From contig OY730476.1 of the NCBI GenBank assembly GCA_963422735.1, positions 3,168,001-3,232,000 on the forward strand: 64,000 nt of DNA, read 5' to 3'. The notes under the pieces were generated by a model. That model was not told where the DNA came from and ran no database searches. It saw only the letters and a program-made list of their open reading frames with translations. This document shows, one piece after another, positions 38,780 to 49,293 of the stretch. The DNA is from Candidatus Latescibacterota bacterium (GTDB lineage Bacteria; Latescibacterota; UBA2968; UBA8231). The stretch's first letter is position 1; the number at the start of each line of letters is the position of its first letter. The translations under genes were made by a program, and so were the position numbers.

Positions 38780-39772
38780 CTATTCGGCGGCCATGTACTC
38801 GTCGAAGTCGATTACATGGCCTTGCTCTGACGAAGTGCCCAAGGCATTGATTAAACCCACAGTGCCCAAGTTTTGGAGGCCGGAGAAGGGCGGCTCCACG
38901 CCGTCGAGCACGTAGTCGCGGAAGCCGTCTAAGAGAACTTGCTCGGGATGGGGATTTTCGTCCATGGGTATGATCTCGTCTGCATCGGCTCCGGGCCGCC
39001 GGATCGCCAAGCCGCCGGAGACTTCTTCGACCGTGCCCTTCTCGCAGTCCAGCCGCCAGCTTGAGCCGCCTTTGTGAGTGGCGAAGGTACACTGGAAGTT
39101 GAACGTGGTGCCATTGTGGAACTCGATCCAGCCGTCGATGGCCGCGCCGCCACGGTACGGGCTCCAAGGCGGATTGAAGCTGTGGCAGAACAGCCGTCGC
39201 GGCTCGGCACTGAGCAGGTGCCGCAATTGGTCGAAGTCGTGGATGCCGCGCTCCCACAAGTAGGCATGTCGGTCCGCGCCCGAATGGTGAACCCGCGGGC
39301 GCCAGCCGTATTTGGTCATCAGGCCAAAGGAAGGCTGGCCCAATTCGCCGCTTTGGAGCAGGCGGCGGATGGTGAGGACCGGCGGGGAGTAGCGAGCGTT
39401 TTGGGTGACGGCGACCTTGAGGTTGCGCTCGGTTGCCTCGGCGACGATTTGCCGCGCTTGGCCGAGAGCTTTGGTGAAGGGCTTTTCGACTAGCAAGTGC
39501 TTGCCAGCGCGGACCGCCTCCAAGCACTGGCCGGCGTGCAGGTCGGGCGGCGTAATGACCACCACGGCGTCGGCATCAACGGCTTGCAGGGCGTCGGCGA
39601 GCGTAGAAAAACACGCCTCTTCGCCTAGGCCGGTAGTCTCCCGCGCCACCGCGAGGTTCTCCGCGCTAACATCGACTAAAGCGACGGCTTCGAAGTCGGT
39701 GCGGTCGCGGAAGCGGTTCAAGGGCCAGCGGCCGCGGCCACCGGCTCCTAGGTGGATCGTGCGAATCGTCAT
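38780..39772 (-). CDS. Gfo/Idh/MocA oxidoreductase
   Basis: G.GGRG, TPP.LH, GKH.LVEKP, IH.FD. Confidence 0.9.
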   Translation of the reverse strand: MTIRTIHLGAGGRGRWPLNRFRDRTDFEAVALVDVSAENLAVARETTGLGEEACFSTLADALQAVDADAVVVITPPDLHAGQCLEAVRAGKHLLVEKPFTKALGQARQIVAEATERNLKVAVTQNARYSPPVLTIRRLLQSGELGQPSFGLMTKYGWRPRVHHSGADRHAYLWERGIHDFDQLRHLLSAEPRRLFCHSFNPPWSPYRGGAAIDGWIEFHNGTTFNFQCTFATHKGGSSWRLDCEKGTVEEVSGGLAIRRPGADADEIIPMDENPHPEQVLLDGFRDYVLDGVEPPFSGLQNLGTVGLINALGTSSEQGHVIDFDEYMAAE

Positions 39773-41259
39773 GATGATGGGCTCCAATCGAGGGCAAGTT
39801 GAGTCAACAAGCGCACGCCAATGCCGACGCCGCCCTGCGGCACGTAGGGTTTGGCCTTTGCACACCAAGCGGTGCCGGCGATGTCGAGATGCGCCCAAGA
39901 GTAGCAGGCGAACTCGGCCAAAAGAGCCGCGGCCGTACTGGCACCCGCTGGCCGACCGCCTGAGTTTTTCATGTCGGCGATGTCGCTGTCGATCTGGTCG
40001 CGATACTCGGGCCACAGCGGCAGACGCCAGAGCCGCTCGCCAGTCTGCTCTCCGGCGGCGAGCAGCCGGCTGGCCAAGTCATCGTCGTTGGCAAACAGAC
40101 CCGAAGCGTGGTGTCCCAGCGCGGTTACGCAAGCGCCGGTGAGGGTGGCCAGATCGACGACCGCGGCCGGCTCGTAGCGAGTGGCGTAGGCGAGTGCATC
40201 GGCCAAGACTAGGCGACCTTCGGCGTCCGTACTGATGATCTCAATGGTCTTACCCGCGAGGGTACGCAGCACATCGTCGGGGCGGAAGGCGGTGCTGGAG
40301 GGCATGTTCTCGGCAGCGGCGATCAGGCCGACGACCCGCCGCTTGAGGCCGAGCGCGGCCACCGCCTGCATAGCGCCCAAAACCGCAGCAGCACCGGACA
40401 TGTCGGTCTTCATCGTGCGGATGCCCTCGACGGTCTTAAGCGAGAGGCCGCCGCTATCGAAGGTGATGCCCTTGCCGACAAACACCAGCGGATCACCTTC
40501 GCGGGGGCCGTGTTCAAGGACGATGAAACGCGGCTTATTGGCACTTCCTTGGCCAACGGCTAACAGGGCGTCCATGCCTAGCTGGGCCAAGCTCTTTACT
40601 CCGAAGACCCGGCAGCGCAGGTCATGGGTTTTGGTCAGGCGGCGGGCCGTGCGGGCTAAGTAGGCCGGTGTAACTTCGCTGCCGGGGTGGTTGACCAAGT
40701 CGCGGGCGAGGCAGGTGGCCTCGGCGAGGGCGCGTCCTCGCCGAACTCCGCGCCGTGCCTCTTTGAGCTTAGTCGAGTCGAATTCTACGATGTGCAGCTT
40801 GGCCAATGGCTGCGGGCGGGGGCGCGAGCGGTACTCGTCAAAGCGATAGGCCGCCAACAGCGAGGCCTCGGCCACAGCTTGGGCGGCCGGCTCGACGGGT
40901 AGGTTACCCGCCCCCGTGCCGTGCAGGATGGTGGCCGCGCTCTTGGCACCCAAGTGGCCGAGGGTGCCAATGGCCGTGCCAGCGGCGCGACGAGCTCCTT
41001 CGAGGTCAAAGCCTTCTTGCTCGCCCAAGCCGACGACGAGGACGCGCGGTGCTGAGATCTGGCCATGCGCGTATAGCAGCAAGGTCTGCCCGGCCTTGCC
41101 CTCGAAATCGCCTAGGTCAATCGCCGCCGAGATTTGGCCGCCTAGGGCTTGGTCAACCGCGCCCGTAGCCCCGCCAAGGTGTGCGCCGGCAAAGAGATTG
41201 ACCACGAGGACGTCCGCGTCCTGTTTTTGAATGGCTCCCTGTATTACCTTAATATCCAT
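39769..41259 (-). CDS. pepA: Leucyl aminopeptidase (M17)
   Basis: VGKGITFDSGG, MK.DM.GAA, TDAEGRL.LAD, ATLTGA, WAHLDIAG. Confidence 0.93.
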   Translation of the reverse strand: MDIKVIQGAIQKQDADVLVVNLFAGAHLGGATGAVDQALGGQISAAIDLGDFEGKAGQTLLLYAHGQISAPRVLVVGLGEQEGFDLEGARRAAGTAIGTLGHLGAKSAATILHGTGAGNLPVEPAAQAVAEASLLAAYRFDEYRSRPRPQPLAKLHIVEFDSTKLKEARRGVRRGRALAEATCLARDLVNHPGSEVTPAYLARTARRLTKTHDLRCRVFGVKSLAQLGMDALLAVGQGSANKPRFIVLEHGPREGDPLVFVGKGITFDSGGLSLKTVEGIRTMKTDMSGAAAVLGAMQAVAALGLKRRVVGLIAAAENMPSSTAFRPDDVLRTLAGKTIEIISTDAEGRLVLADALAYATRYEPAAVVDLATLTGACVTALGHHASGLFANDDDLASRLLAAGEQTGERLWRLPLWPEYRDQIDSDIADMKNSGGRPAGASTAAALLAEFACYSWAHLDIAGTAWCAKAKPYVPQGGVGIGVRLLTQLALDWSPSS

Positions 41260-41321
41260 AACATTTAGTGGTGCAAAGTGAGTAGTCACTAACCACTAAC
41301 CACATTACTGTCAAGAATGCC

Positions 41322-42035
41322 ATGGACCTGTTTCTGATCCGCCACGGCGAATCCACCAACAACGCGCTAGCCGATGTTAGCCAGCGCGTCGCCGACCCCG
41401 AATTGACCGCGAACGGCCGAGCACAGGCCAAGCGGGTGGCCGCGTATATAGTAGAGGGGTTGCACCTCAACCCAGCCGAGCGTGCAGAGGGTCGGCCCTT
41501 TCTCGATCGGCTGTATTGCAGTCCCATGATCCGCGCCCTGCACACAGCGCAAGAAATCGGACAGGCAATGGAATCGAGATCGGAGATCTGGGTAGCTATT
41601 CACGAGATGGGCGGCATTTACCTCGACCACGGCGGGGAGCGGGGAGCCGTTGGCTATCCCGGCCTGATGCGGGCGGAAATTGCCGCGCGTTTTCCCACCA
41701 GCGTCGCGTCAGCAGAAGTCGGCGAAGACGGATGGTGGGACGTGGGTAGGGAAACGGATCAACAGGCCCAGCGTCGCGCTGTGGATGTAGCCACAGACTT
41801 GCTAGCGCGGGCGGGGGAAAAGACGCGCCTCGGACTCGTGACCCACGGCGGCTTTATGAGCCTGTTGCTGTCGGCCTTAGGTAACCAGGTACTGGACGAC
41901 GGCACCTATTACGAGCACGACAACACGGCCATCACTCGCGTCGCGCTCGCGCCCGGCACCACGGTCGTCAAATATATCAACCGTACCGAGCACCTACCCG
42001 ACGAGTTGCAGCGACTCCGGCATATAGGCACGTGA
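41322..42035 (+). CDS. Histidine phosphatase family protein
   Basis: LIRHGES, SP..RA..TA, VTHGG, N...HL. Confidence 0.92.
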   Translation: MDLFLIRHGESTNNALADVSQRVADPELTANGRAQAKRVAAYIVEGLHLNPAERAEGRPFLDRLYCSPMIRALHTAQEIGQAMESRSEIWVAIHEMGGIYLDHGGERGAVGYPGLMRAEIAARFPTSVASAEVGEDGWWDVGRETDQQAQRRAVDVATDLLARAGEKTRLGLVTHGGFMSLLLSALGNQVLDDGTYYEHDNTAITRVALAPGTTVVKYINRTEHLPDELQRLRHIGT

Positions 42036-42048
42036 GGGGCGCACTGCG

Positions 42049-43428
42049 ATGGATCACGCCGCCCTGATAAGCGACCTCGGCACCTTCCTGCGCCCAGACC
42101 AACTGCTGACCTCGGCTGAGGATTGCAGCGTTTATGCATTCGACGGGACCGCCCTGCTGCATCAGCGACCCGCCTGCGTGGTGCTGCCGGAAAGCCGGGA
42201 TGAGGTCGCCCAACTCTTGGCCCGGTGCAACCAGCGAGGGGTGCCCGTGGTGGCGCGGGGTTCGGGAACGGGCTTGGCGGGAGGGTCGGTGCCAGCACCC
42301 GGCGCGGTGGTGCTTTGTCTGGTCCGGCTCAACCAGATACTAGAGCTAGACGCGGCTAATCTAGTCATGGTCGTCCAGCCGGGGGTCCTCACGCAGCAAA
42401 TCGCCGACGCAGCCCAAGCCGCCGGCCTGTTTTACCCCCCGGATCCTGGCTCGATCAAGATCTCGACTATCGGGGGCAATGTGGCTAACAATTCTGGGGG
42501 GCTGCGCGGGTTAAAATACGGCGTGACGCGCGACTACGTGATGGGGTTGGAGGTGGTCCTAGCCGACGGGCAGGTCTTGGAGACCGGCAACAAATGCGTC
42601 AAGGATGTAGCGGGGTTTGCGCTCAAGGATCTCTTCGTCGGCTCCGAGGGGATGCTGGGGGTCATTACCAAGATCGCGCTAAAACTGGTTCCAGCACCCG
42701 CGAGCAAGAAGACCTTGCTCGGCCTCTACGATGAGATGACGCAGGCGGCAGCTACGGTCTCGGCGATTATCGCGCACAAAATCATCCCCTGTACCCTCGA
42801 ATTCCTCGACCGCACTACCGTCGAGTGCGTGGAGGCCCACGCCGGCATTGGTCTGTCGACGGATTGCGAGGCCGTACTGCTGATGGAAGTAGATGGGCAT
42901 CCGGAGCAGGTCGCCGAGCAGGCCGCCCAGATCGAGGCCATTGCCCGCGAGGGTGGTGCCCGCTCGGTGCGGCTGGCCGCCTCAGAAGCAGAGGCCCAAC
43001 AGCTCGCCGCGGCCCGGCGCACGGCCTTTAGTGCGCTGGCGCGGCGGGCGCCGACGGTCGTTTTGGAGGATGTCACCGTGCCGCGCAGCGAGCTAAAGGC
43101 GATGGTCGCCTACGTGCAGGAAGTCGGCCAGCGGCACCAAGTGCGGGTGGGGACTTTCGGCCACTTCGGCGACGGCAACCTGCATCCCACCTTCCTGTGC
43201 GACGAGCGCGACACTGAGGAAATGGTCCGCGTCGAAAAGGCCATGGCCGAGGTTTTTGCCCACGCGGTGGAATTGGGCGGGACCATCACGGGCGAACACG
43301 GGGTCGGCTTGGCTAAAAAGCCCTATTTGCCCGGGCAAATAGGGCCGGTGGGGCTGGAAATTCTCAAGCGGGTCAAGACCGCCTTCGACCCCAAGGGCAT
43401 TCTAAACCCGGGGAACATGTTCGATTGA
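42049..43428 (+). CDS. glcD: Glycolate oxidase-type FAD-linked subunit
   Basis: RGSGTGL.GG, YPPDP.S, STIGGNVA.N.GG...KYGVT, GH.GDGNLHP, GEHGVG..K. Confidence 0.88.
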   Translation: MDHAALISDLGTFLRPDQLLTSAEDCSVYAFDGTALLHQRPACVVLPESRDEVAQLLARCNQRGVPVVARGSGTGLAGGSVPAPGAVVLCLVRLNQILELDAANLVMVVQPGVLTQQIADAAQAAGLFYPPDPGSIKISTIGGNVANNSGGLRGLKYGVTRDYVMGLEVVLADGQVLETGNKCVKDVAGFALKDLFVGSEGMLGVITKIALKLVPAPASKKTLLGLYDEMTQAAATVSAIIAHKIIPCTLEFLDRTTVECVEAHAGIGLSTDCEAVLLMEVDGHPEQVAEQAAQIEAIAREGGARSVRLAASEAEAQQLAAARRTAFSALARRAPTVVLEDVTVPRSELKAMVAYVQEVGQRHQVRVGTFGHFGDGNLHPTFLCDERDTEEMVRVEKAMAEVFAHAVELGGTITGEHGVGLAKKPYLPGQIGPVGLEILKRVKTAFDPKGILNPGNMFD

Positions 43429-44765
43429 ACGACGACGGCCTCAACCTACTTAGCGGTCTGGATTACTCCGCACTCCAACAGTGCATGCACTGCGGCCTCT
43501 GCCTGCCGACCTGTCCGACGTACGACGCAACCCTGCGCGAACGCTCTTCGCCGAGGGGGCGGATCGCCATGATGCGAGCCATCGCCGATGGCGAGCTAGA
43601 GGCGAGTACGACCTTTGCCGAAGAAATGTATTTCTGTCTCGGCTGCCTCGCCTGCCAGACCGCGTGTCCGGCCGGCGTGGATTACGCCGCGCTATTTGAA
43701 AATGCCCGCGCCGAAGTGGAGAGGCAGGGCTTGCTCAACGGCGCGGTGCGGAACTTTGTGCGCCGTTGGATTCTCGGCTGGCTTTTTGCCAAACAGACGC
43801 GCCTGAGGGCAGTGGCACGCTTGGTGCGCGCATTCCAGCGCAGCGGCCTGCAAACACTGGCGCGCCGCAGCGGGCTCCTCAGGTTGCTGCCCTTTGGTTT
43901 AGGGGACTTGGAACCGCTGGCACCGCAGATTTCCCCGCACTTTACCAACCAGTTGTATCGCCGAGGTTTGCAGCAGGCGAATCCGCCCGCACCGCGCTAC
44001 CGGGTCGCGCTGTTGGCCGGTTGCGTCCAAGACATATCCTTTTCCGAAGTAAACGCCGATACGATATGCGTCTTGCAGCACAACGGCTGCCAAGTGCTGC
44101 TGCCAGACGGACAGGCGTGTTGTGGCTCGCTACACGCGCACAACGGCGCGGTTGAACAGGCACGACAGCAGGCGCGGCTCAACATCGACGCCTTTGACGC
44201 TGAAAACTTGGACGCAATCGTCGTCAACGCCGGTGGCTGCGGCTTGCACTGTAAGCACTACGACCGCTTGCTGGCCGGCGACGCTACCTACGCGGAGCGG
44301 GCTGCCGCGTGGAGCGAAAAAGCAAAGGACGTACACGAGTTGCTCGCCGACATTGGCTTGCGCCGACCCCGCGCCGCAATGCCCCCACAACAGGTTGCAT
44401 ACCACGAGTCGTGTCACCTCAAGCACGGGCAGCGGGTTTCTACAGCCCCGCGCGAGGTGCTCCAAGCCGTGCCCAATTTGGAGATCGTGCCACTGTTAGA
44501 GGCCGACTGGTGCTGCGGTAGCGCCGGCATCTACAACATCACCCAGCCTGAGCTGTCTATGCAGCTACTCGACCGCAAGATGGCGCATGTGTGCGCGACC
44601 GACGCGACTGCCGTGGCCACGGGCAATACGGGATGCGCCATCCAGCTTCAGTACGGCGTTCGCCGCGCACAAGCGGCCGTGGACGTCGTCCACCCCGTGT
44701 CGCTTTTGGCCGCAGCTTATCGCGCTGAGAACCAAGGAGGAACGCAATGCAGCACTTTGGCCTAA
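43425..44765 (+). CDS. glcF: Glycolate oxidase iron-sulfur subunit
   Basis: CMHCG.CLPTCPTY, SPRGRI, CLGC.AC..ACP, two CCG domains. Confidence 0.88.
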   Translation: MNDDGLNLLSGLDYSALQQCMHCGLCLPTCPTYDATLRERSSPRGRIAMMRAIADGELEASTTFAEEMYFCLGCLACQTACPAGVDYAALFENARAEVERQGLLNGAVRNFVRRWILGWLFAKQTRLRAVARLVRAFQRSGLQTLARRSGLLRLLPFGLGDLEPLAPQISPHFTNQLYRRGLQQANPPAPRYRVALLAGCVQDISFSEVNADTICVLQHNGCQVLLPDGQACCGSLHAHNGAVEQARQQARLNIDAFDAENLDAIVVNAGGCGLHCKHYDRLLAGDATYAERAAAWSEKAKDVHELLADIGLRRPRAAMPPQQVAYHESCHLKHGQRVSTAPREVLQAVPNLEIVPLLEADWCCGSAGIYNITQPELSMQLLDRKMAHVCATDATAVATGNTGCAIQLQYGVRRAQAAVDVVHPVSLLAAAYRAENQGGTQCSTLA

Positions 44766-45091
44766 CCATTGAGTTGAAAGACGATCCCGAGCTGATCGCC
44801 CAGTACAAGGCATACCACGCCGATCCTTGGCCCGAGCCACTTCAGGGCTTAGGCGAGGTCGGCATCACCGACATGAAAATTTTTCTCTTGGGGCAGCGGA
44901 TGTTCATGTATATGACCGCGACCGACGAGTTCGATCCAGTCCGCGACTTCCCGCGCTACGTCGAGCAGAATCCCGAAGCGAAGAAATGGGACGAACTGAT
45001 GCGGACTTTTCAACAGCAGGTGCCCGAGGCCAAAGAGGGGGAGTGGTGGGCCAATATGGAACTCGTGTTTGACTTGCAATTGCACATCTGA
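44747..45091 (+). CDS. L-rhamnose mutarotase family protein
   Basis: Y...HA..WPE, GI..M.IF, W..LM, W..ME.VF.L. Confidence 0.88.
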   Translation: MQHFGLTIELKDDPELIAQYKAYHADPWPEPLQGLGEVGITDMKIFLLGQRMFMYMTATDEFDPVRDFPRYVEQNPEAKKWDELMRTFQQQVPEAKEGEWWANMELVFDLQLHI

Positions 45092-45170
45092 GAGGCCATG
45101 AGGTAATCTGGAACATCATTTGGATATTTGTATATAAAGTATGCTGAATTTTACGCCGTTTCGGGCGAAT

Positions 45171-45647
45171 TTCAAACTTCAGTCCGCCGATATCGAGCAG
45201 GACAACGTTAAGGGCGACAAGCGGTTTTTTCTGCCATGCACTGAGCACCTACTTGGGACGAGGAGGCTAGGCGACTCGATATTCCGTTTAAGTATCGGCC
45301 CCTGACTGCACAGGAGGGAATCGCCTATGGTAAGAAGAATCAGCAGGAAGTCATTATCATCGAAGCTGTGGCGGAAATTCCCAAGCAGTTGGATAAGGCC
45401 CCTGACGCGCTAGCAGCTTTGATGGGTGAAAAACGCCAGAACGACAACGGACAGACCGTCTCCTTCCTCGAACACCACTTACGTCAATATACTCGGCGTA
45501 ACACGTCGGACTTCTTCATTCACAAGGATCTGAAGGGCTTCCTCCGGCGCGGATGAGGTCTATGTCAACGGCGACTCCTTCATCCGCGAGGCGAAGGCAC
45601 TGGAGCCGGTGTTCAAGCGGTGGATGTTCGCGGGGCCACAGGCATGA
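45171..45647 (+). pseudogene. Remnant of a large adenine DNA methyltransferase (type III Mod-like), internally deleted
   Basis: Fragments KLQSADIEQDNVKGDKRFFLP, LDIPFKYRP and LEHHLRQYTRRNTSDFFIHKDLKGFL are joined out of frame to the C-terminal DEVYVNGDSFI..AKALEPVFK..MF; no start codon or catalytic core. Family recalled from motifs. Confidence 0.65.
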
Positions 45648-45689
45648 GAAGGACTCACACGACGACACTAAGAATTGTAGGAACATACC

Positions 45690-45815
45690 ACGAGTGCGAG
45701 AATTGACATCCCCAAAGATGAGATCGCCGCCTTCTGTCGGCGCAATCACATCCGGCGCATGGCCCTATTCGGCTCGGCCCTGCGCGACGACTTCACGCCT
45801 GAGAGCGACGTGGAT
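45690..45815 (+). pseudogene. Truncated minimal nucleotidyltransferase (MNT antitoxin) with ACG in place of ATG
   Basis: Reads [41 protein letters not shown], containing the GS-x10-DxD MNT motif, then breaks. Confidence 0.8.
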
Positions 45816-45937
45816 TCACAAGCGATACGACGATGGCACTTGGGATAAGGCACGGATCGCCGACGCGCACATTCCGTTCGCTGAGCAGTACAATTACTAC
45901 AGACAGCATATCAAACTTCTGAACTAGGAGACCAGCT

Positions 45938-46696
45938 ATGAGCAGTAAAGGTCGGATCGCCGGTAAGGCGGCCATTGTAACGGGCGCAGCTTCGGGGATT
46001 GGGGAAGCCACCGCGCAAGTTCTGGCGCGCGAAGGTGCGTCCGTCTGCGTAGCGGATGTCAACGCCGACGGCGGCCAGCTAGTCGTCGATAAAATCAAGG
46101 CCGACGGCGGCGAGGCCATTTTCGTCCGCACCGATGTGGGCGCGTCCGCCGAGGTCGTTGAGATGTTTGAGCGCACTGAAGCAGCCTTTGGCCGCGTGGA
46201 CATCGTCCACAATAACGCGATATGGTTTCGCCACGGCCCGGCGACCGAGCTCGACGAAAAGGATTGGGACGGCACCTTAAATATCGGCCTGAAGGCGATT
46301 TTCCGCGCCGCCAAATACGGCATCCCGGTCATGCGTAAGACCGGGGGCGGGGTGATTATCAACACCGGCTCGGTGCATTCGCTGGTCAGCTTTGCCACGG
46401 CCACGGCCTACGACGCGGCCAAGGCCGGAGTTTTGGGCCTGACGCGGACTCTAGCCATTGACTACGGGCCAGACATCCGCGTCTGCGCCGTGCTGCCTGG
46501 GGCCATTCTGACGCCCTTGTGGAAGGGGGTCCCCGAACGGGAACAGCAGCGCTATGCCAATATGGTGCCGGCTCAGCGCTTGGGCACGGGCAAAGACATC
46601 GCCAACGCAGTGCTGTTTTTGGCCTCGGACGAGGCGTCCTTTATCACTGGAACCTCACTGACCGTAGATGGCGGGATGCTGGCGCGGACCGAGTAG
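45938..46696 (+). CDS. Short-chain dehydrogenase/reductase
   Basis: TGAASGIG, NNA, YDAAK, FITG..L.VDGG. Confidence 0.95.
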   Translation: MSSKGRIAGKAAIVTGAASGIGEATAQVLAREGASVCVADVNADGGQLVVDKIKADGGEAIFVRTDVGASAEVVEMFERTEAAFGRVDIVHNNAIWFRHGPATELDEKDWDGTLNIGLKAIFRAAKYGIPVMRKTGGGVIINTGSVHSLVSFATATAYDAAKAGVLGLTRTLAIDYGPDIRVCAVLPGAILTPLWKGVPEREQQRYANMVPAQRLGTGKDIANAVLFLASDEASFITGTSLTVDGGMLARTE

Positions 46697-47851
46697 ATGA
46701 CCAAGCCAGCAGTCAAACCGCAAAATCCTTGTTTTTCCTCTGGCCCTTGCGCCAAGCGGCCGGGATGGAATCTTGCGGCCCTAAAATACGCGGCCGTGGG
46801 GCGCTCACACCGCGCCGCAGTCGGACGGGCCAAGCTGCAGGAGGTCATCGAGCGGTCGCGCGCGCTGTTGGGCGTGCCGGCCGACCATCGCATTGGGGTG
46901 GTGCCGGGTTCGGATACGGGTGCCGTGGAGATGTGCCTGTGGTCCATGCTCGGGGCGCGTGGCGTCGATGTGCTGTCTTGGGAAAGCTTCAGCAAGGGGT
47001 GGGCAACGGACATCACCCAGCACTTGCAGCTAGAGGATGTGCGCGTCTTCGACGCTGATTTCGGGGAGCTACCCGACTTGTCCTTGATTGACTGCGACCG
47101 CGATGTGGTCTTTGCTTGGAACGGCACGACCTCCGGGGTGAAGGTGCCCGATGGCGAGTGGATTGCCGCCGACCGCGAGGGCCTGATCATCTGCGACGCG
47201 ACATCCGCGGTCTTCGCCGTGGACCTGCCCTGGGAAAAGCTCGACGTAGTTACGTACTCTTGGCAAAAGGCCATGGGTGGCGAGGCCGCGCACGGGATGC
47301 TCATCCTAAGCCCGCGTGCGGTTGAGCGGCTCCTAAGTTTCACGCCGCCTTGGCCCGTGCCCAAACTCTTCCGCATGACCCAAGGCGGCCAGCTCAACGG
47401 GGCACTGTTCAAGGGCGACACCATCAACACGCCCTCCCTGCTGTGCGTGGAAGACGCGCTCGACGGGCTGCGCTGGGCCGAGCGCCTCGGCGGCTTGCCC
47501 GAGCTAGTGCGGCGCACACAGTCCAACCTCGCGGTGCTAGAGCAGTGGGAAGCCGCAAGCGAGTGGATCGCGTTTTTGCCCGCACACCGAACGATTCGCT
47601 CTAGCACGTCGATTTGCCTGCGGATTGCCGATGCGTGGTTTACCAGTTTAACCGAGGACGCGCAGCGGGCAAAGATCAAAGCCCTCGTCGCTAGGCTAGA
47701 GGACGAGGGCGTAGCCTACGACATCAACGGCTACCGCGCCGCGCCCCCCGGCCTGCGGATCTGGGGAGGAGCGACGGTGGAAACCAGCGACGTCGAAGTG
47801 TTAGTCCCCTGGCTGGATTGGTCGTTTGCTCAGCTTAAGGGTGGAGGCTAG
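46697..47851 (+). CDS. serC: Phosphoserine aminotransferase (Methanosarcina type)
   Basis: [49 protein letters not shown]. Confidence 0.93.
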   Translation: MTKPAVKPQNPCFSSGPCAKRPGWNLAALKYAAVGRSHRAAVGRAKLQEVIERSRALLGVPADHRIGVVPGSDTGAVEMCLWSMLGARGVDVLSWESFSKGWATDITQHLQLEDVRVFDADFGELPDLSLIDCDRDVVFAWNGTTSGVKVPDGEWIAADREGLIICDATSAVFAVDLPWEKLDVVTYSWQKAMGGEAAHGMLILSPRAVERLLSFTPPWPVPKLFRMTQGGQLNGALFKGDTINTPSLLCVEDALDGLRWAERLGGLPELVRRTQSNLAVLEQWEAASEWIAFLPAHRTIRSSTSICLRIADAWFTSLTEDAQRAKIKALVARLEDEGVAYDINGYRAAPPGLRIWGGATVETSDVEVLVPWLDWSFAQLKGGG

Positions 47852-49251
47852 CCCGCCTTTTCCTTATTACCTGCCTGCAATTTGTCTGCCGCCCCCACCG
47901 AACCAATGTGCAGCGTGTCGTACGCCTGTTGCGAAGTTTCGAACGGCCCCTCGTGCGTTTTCGAGCCATGCCATTGCAAATTGGTGTACATCGGGTTGGT
48001 CGCGCCCGTCTCGCGCTCGCGCTTGGCGATCCATGCCTCCATCCGCTCCTTTAAGGCAGCAACGATCCCCGGTTCTTTTTTAGCCAAGTTTTTCAACTCC
48101 AGCGGATCGGCAACCAAGTTGTAGAGCTCAACTTCGGGCTTGAAGTGGAAGTCTGGCTCTAGCGCGACGATCAGCTTCCACTCCGGGGTGCGCCAGCCGT
48201 GCTTGCGCATCCAAGTGCATTCCGTGATGTAAAAGTCCGAGTAGTTGGAGGCCCTTTGGCCCGCAATAAGCGGTAGCAGCGACTGGCCGTCGAATGCGAT
48301 GTCGGTGCGGATGTTGAGGAGCTTGAGCACGGTCGGCACCAAGTCTTGGTGCAGCGCGGTGCCCGCGATGTGCTTGCCAGCGGGCAGCTTGCCGGGCAGG
48401 CGGATGATCAGCGGCACATGCAGCGTGTTTTCGTAGAGGCCGTGGTGGTCGTACCAGCACTCGTGTTCGTATAGGGTTTCGCCGTGATCGCCGTTGATGA
48501 CGATCAAGGTATTGTCGCTCAAGCCCAGCTCTTCGACGCGGGTGAGGATGCGCTGAATGCAGGCGTCCATATAGGCGATGGCACCATCGTACTGGGCATC
48601 CACGTAGTGGCAGTCGCGCACCCCGGGCGGCATCCAATCAGCGAAGAAATCGCAGAAGGGCTTGAAGCTGAACACCGGCTCCATGCTCTTGTTTTTTGGG
48701 TCGAATTCGTTGCCGCTGTAAAACATCCGCTCAAAGGGAGCCGGCGGCAGATAGGGAGCGTGCGGATCCATGTGGCGCAAGAACAGGAAGAAGGGCTTCT
48801 TCGAGCGCGCGAGTCGTTCCAACTCGGGGATGGCGACTTGGTTGAGGTTTTCGGCCTTGGGGCTACGGCCTTCGGCAAAGGATCCCCAACTCGGGTAGTC
48901 CAAATAGCGGCTGAAACCGTGCGAACTGGGGTTGCCCGTGAATCCGACGCACGAGGTGTTGTAGCCGCTGTGGCGGAGGATCTCAGGCAGGCTGCGGATC
49001 TTTTTGGGCAGGCCACCGCGGTGGCGCAGGGCCACGACGCTAGTGCCGAAGCAATCGAGGCCGGTGAGCATGGAGGCGTAGGCCGAAGTCGTGGGAATGT
49101 GGGCCGAGTAATTCTTTTCAAAGAGCACGGCATCTGCGGCAAATCGGTCGATATGGGGCGTGGTCTGGCGGTGGTAGCCATAGCAGCTCATGTGATCGGC
49201 GCGCAGGCTGTCGATGCCAAAGATAATGACGTTGTTCTTTTTGACTGGCAT
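47848..49251 (-). CDS. Sulfatase-like hydrolase (alkaline phosphatase superfamily)
   Basis: [24 protein letters not shown]...HVPL, ELYNL..DP.E; active-site loop [12 protein letters not shown]. Confidence 0.88.
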   Translation of the reverse strand: MPVKKNNVIIFGIDSLRADHMSCYGYHRQTTPHIDRFAADAVLFEKNYSAHIPTTSAYASMLTGLDCFGTSVVALRHRGGLPKKIRSLPEILRHSGYNTSCVGFTGNPSSHGFSRYLDYPSWGSFAEGRSPKAENLNQVAIPELERLARSKKPFFLFLRHMDPHAPYLPPAPFERMFYSGNEFDPKNKSMEPVFSFKPFCDFFADWMPPGVRDCHYVDAQYDGAIAYMDACIQRILTRVEELGLSDNTLIVINGDHGETLYEHECWYDHHGLYENTLHVPLIIRLPGKLPAGKHIAGTALHQDLVPTVLKLLNIRTDIAFDGQSLLPLIAGQRASNYSDFYITECTWMRKHGWRTPEWKLIVALEPDFHFKPEVELYNLVADPLELKNLAKKEPGIVAALKERMEAWIAKRERETGATNPMYTNLQWHGSKTHEGPFETSQQAYDTLHIGSVGAADKLQAGNKEKAG

Positions 49252-49293
49252 TAGACCCTCTCGATTCGGAATAGGGATTGGGATATAGTCGGG

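Noticed and set aside
37734-39527. 597-aa dipeptidase fusion (similar long extensions at 19095-20894, 27081, 29605 and 11530-12540)
   Set aside because: The extensions overlap genuine neighbouring genes and have low-complexity Arg/Pro/Ala composition typical of GC-rich shadow frames.
42049-44765. glcD-glcF without glcE as a novel system
   Set aside because: The two-subunit arrangement is common outside enterobacteria.
45553-45927. 124-aa ORF
   Set aside because: Chance read-through across pseudogene fragments in different frames.
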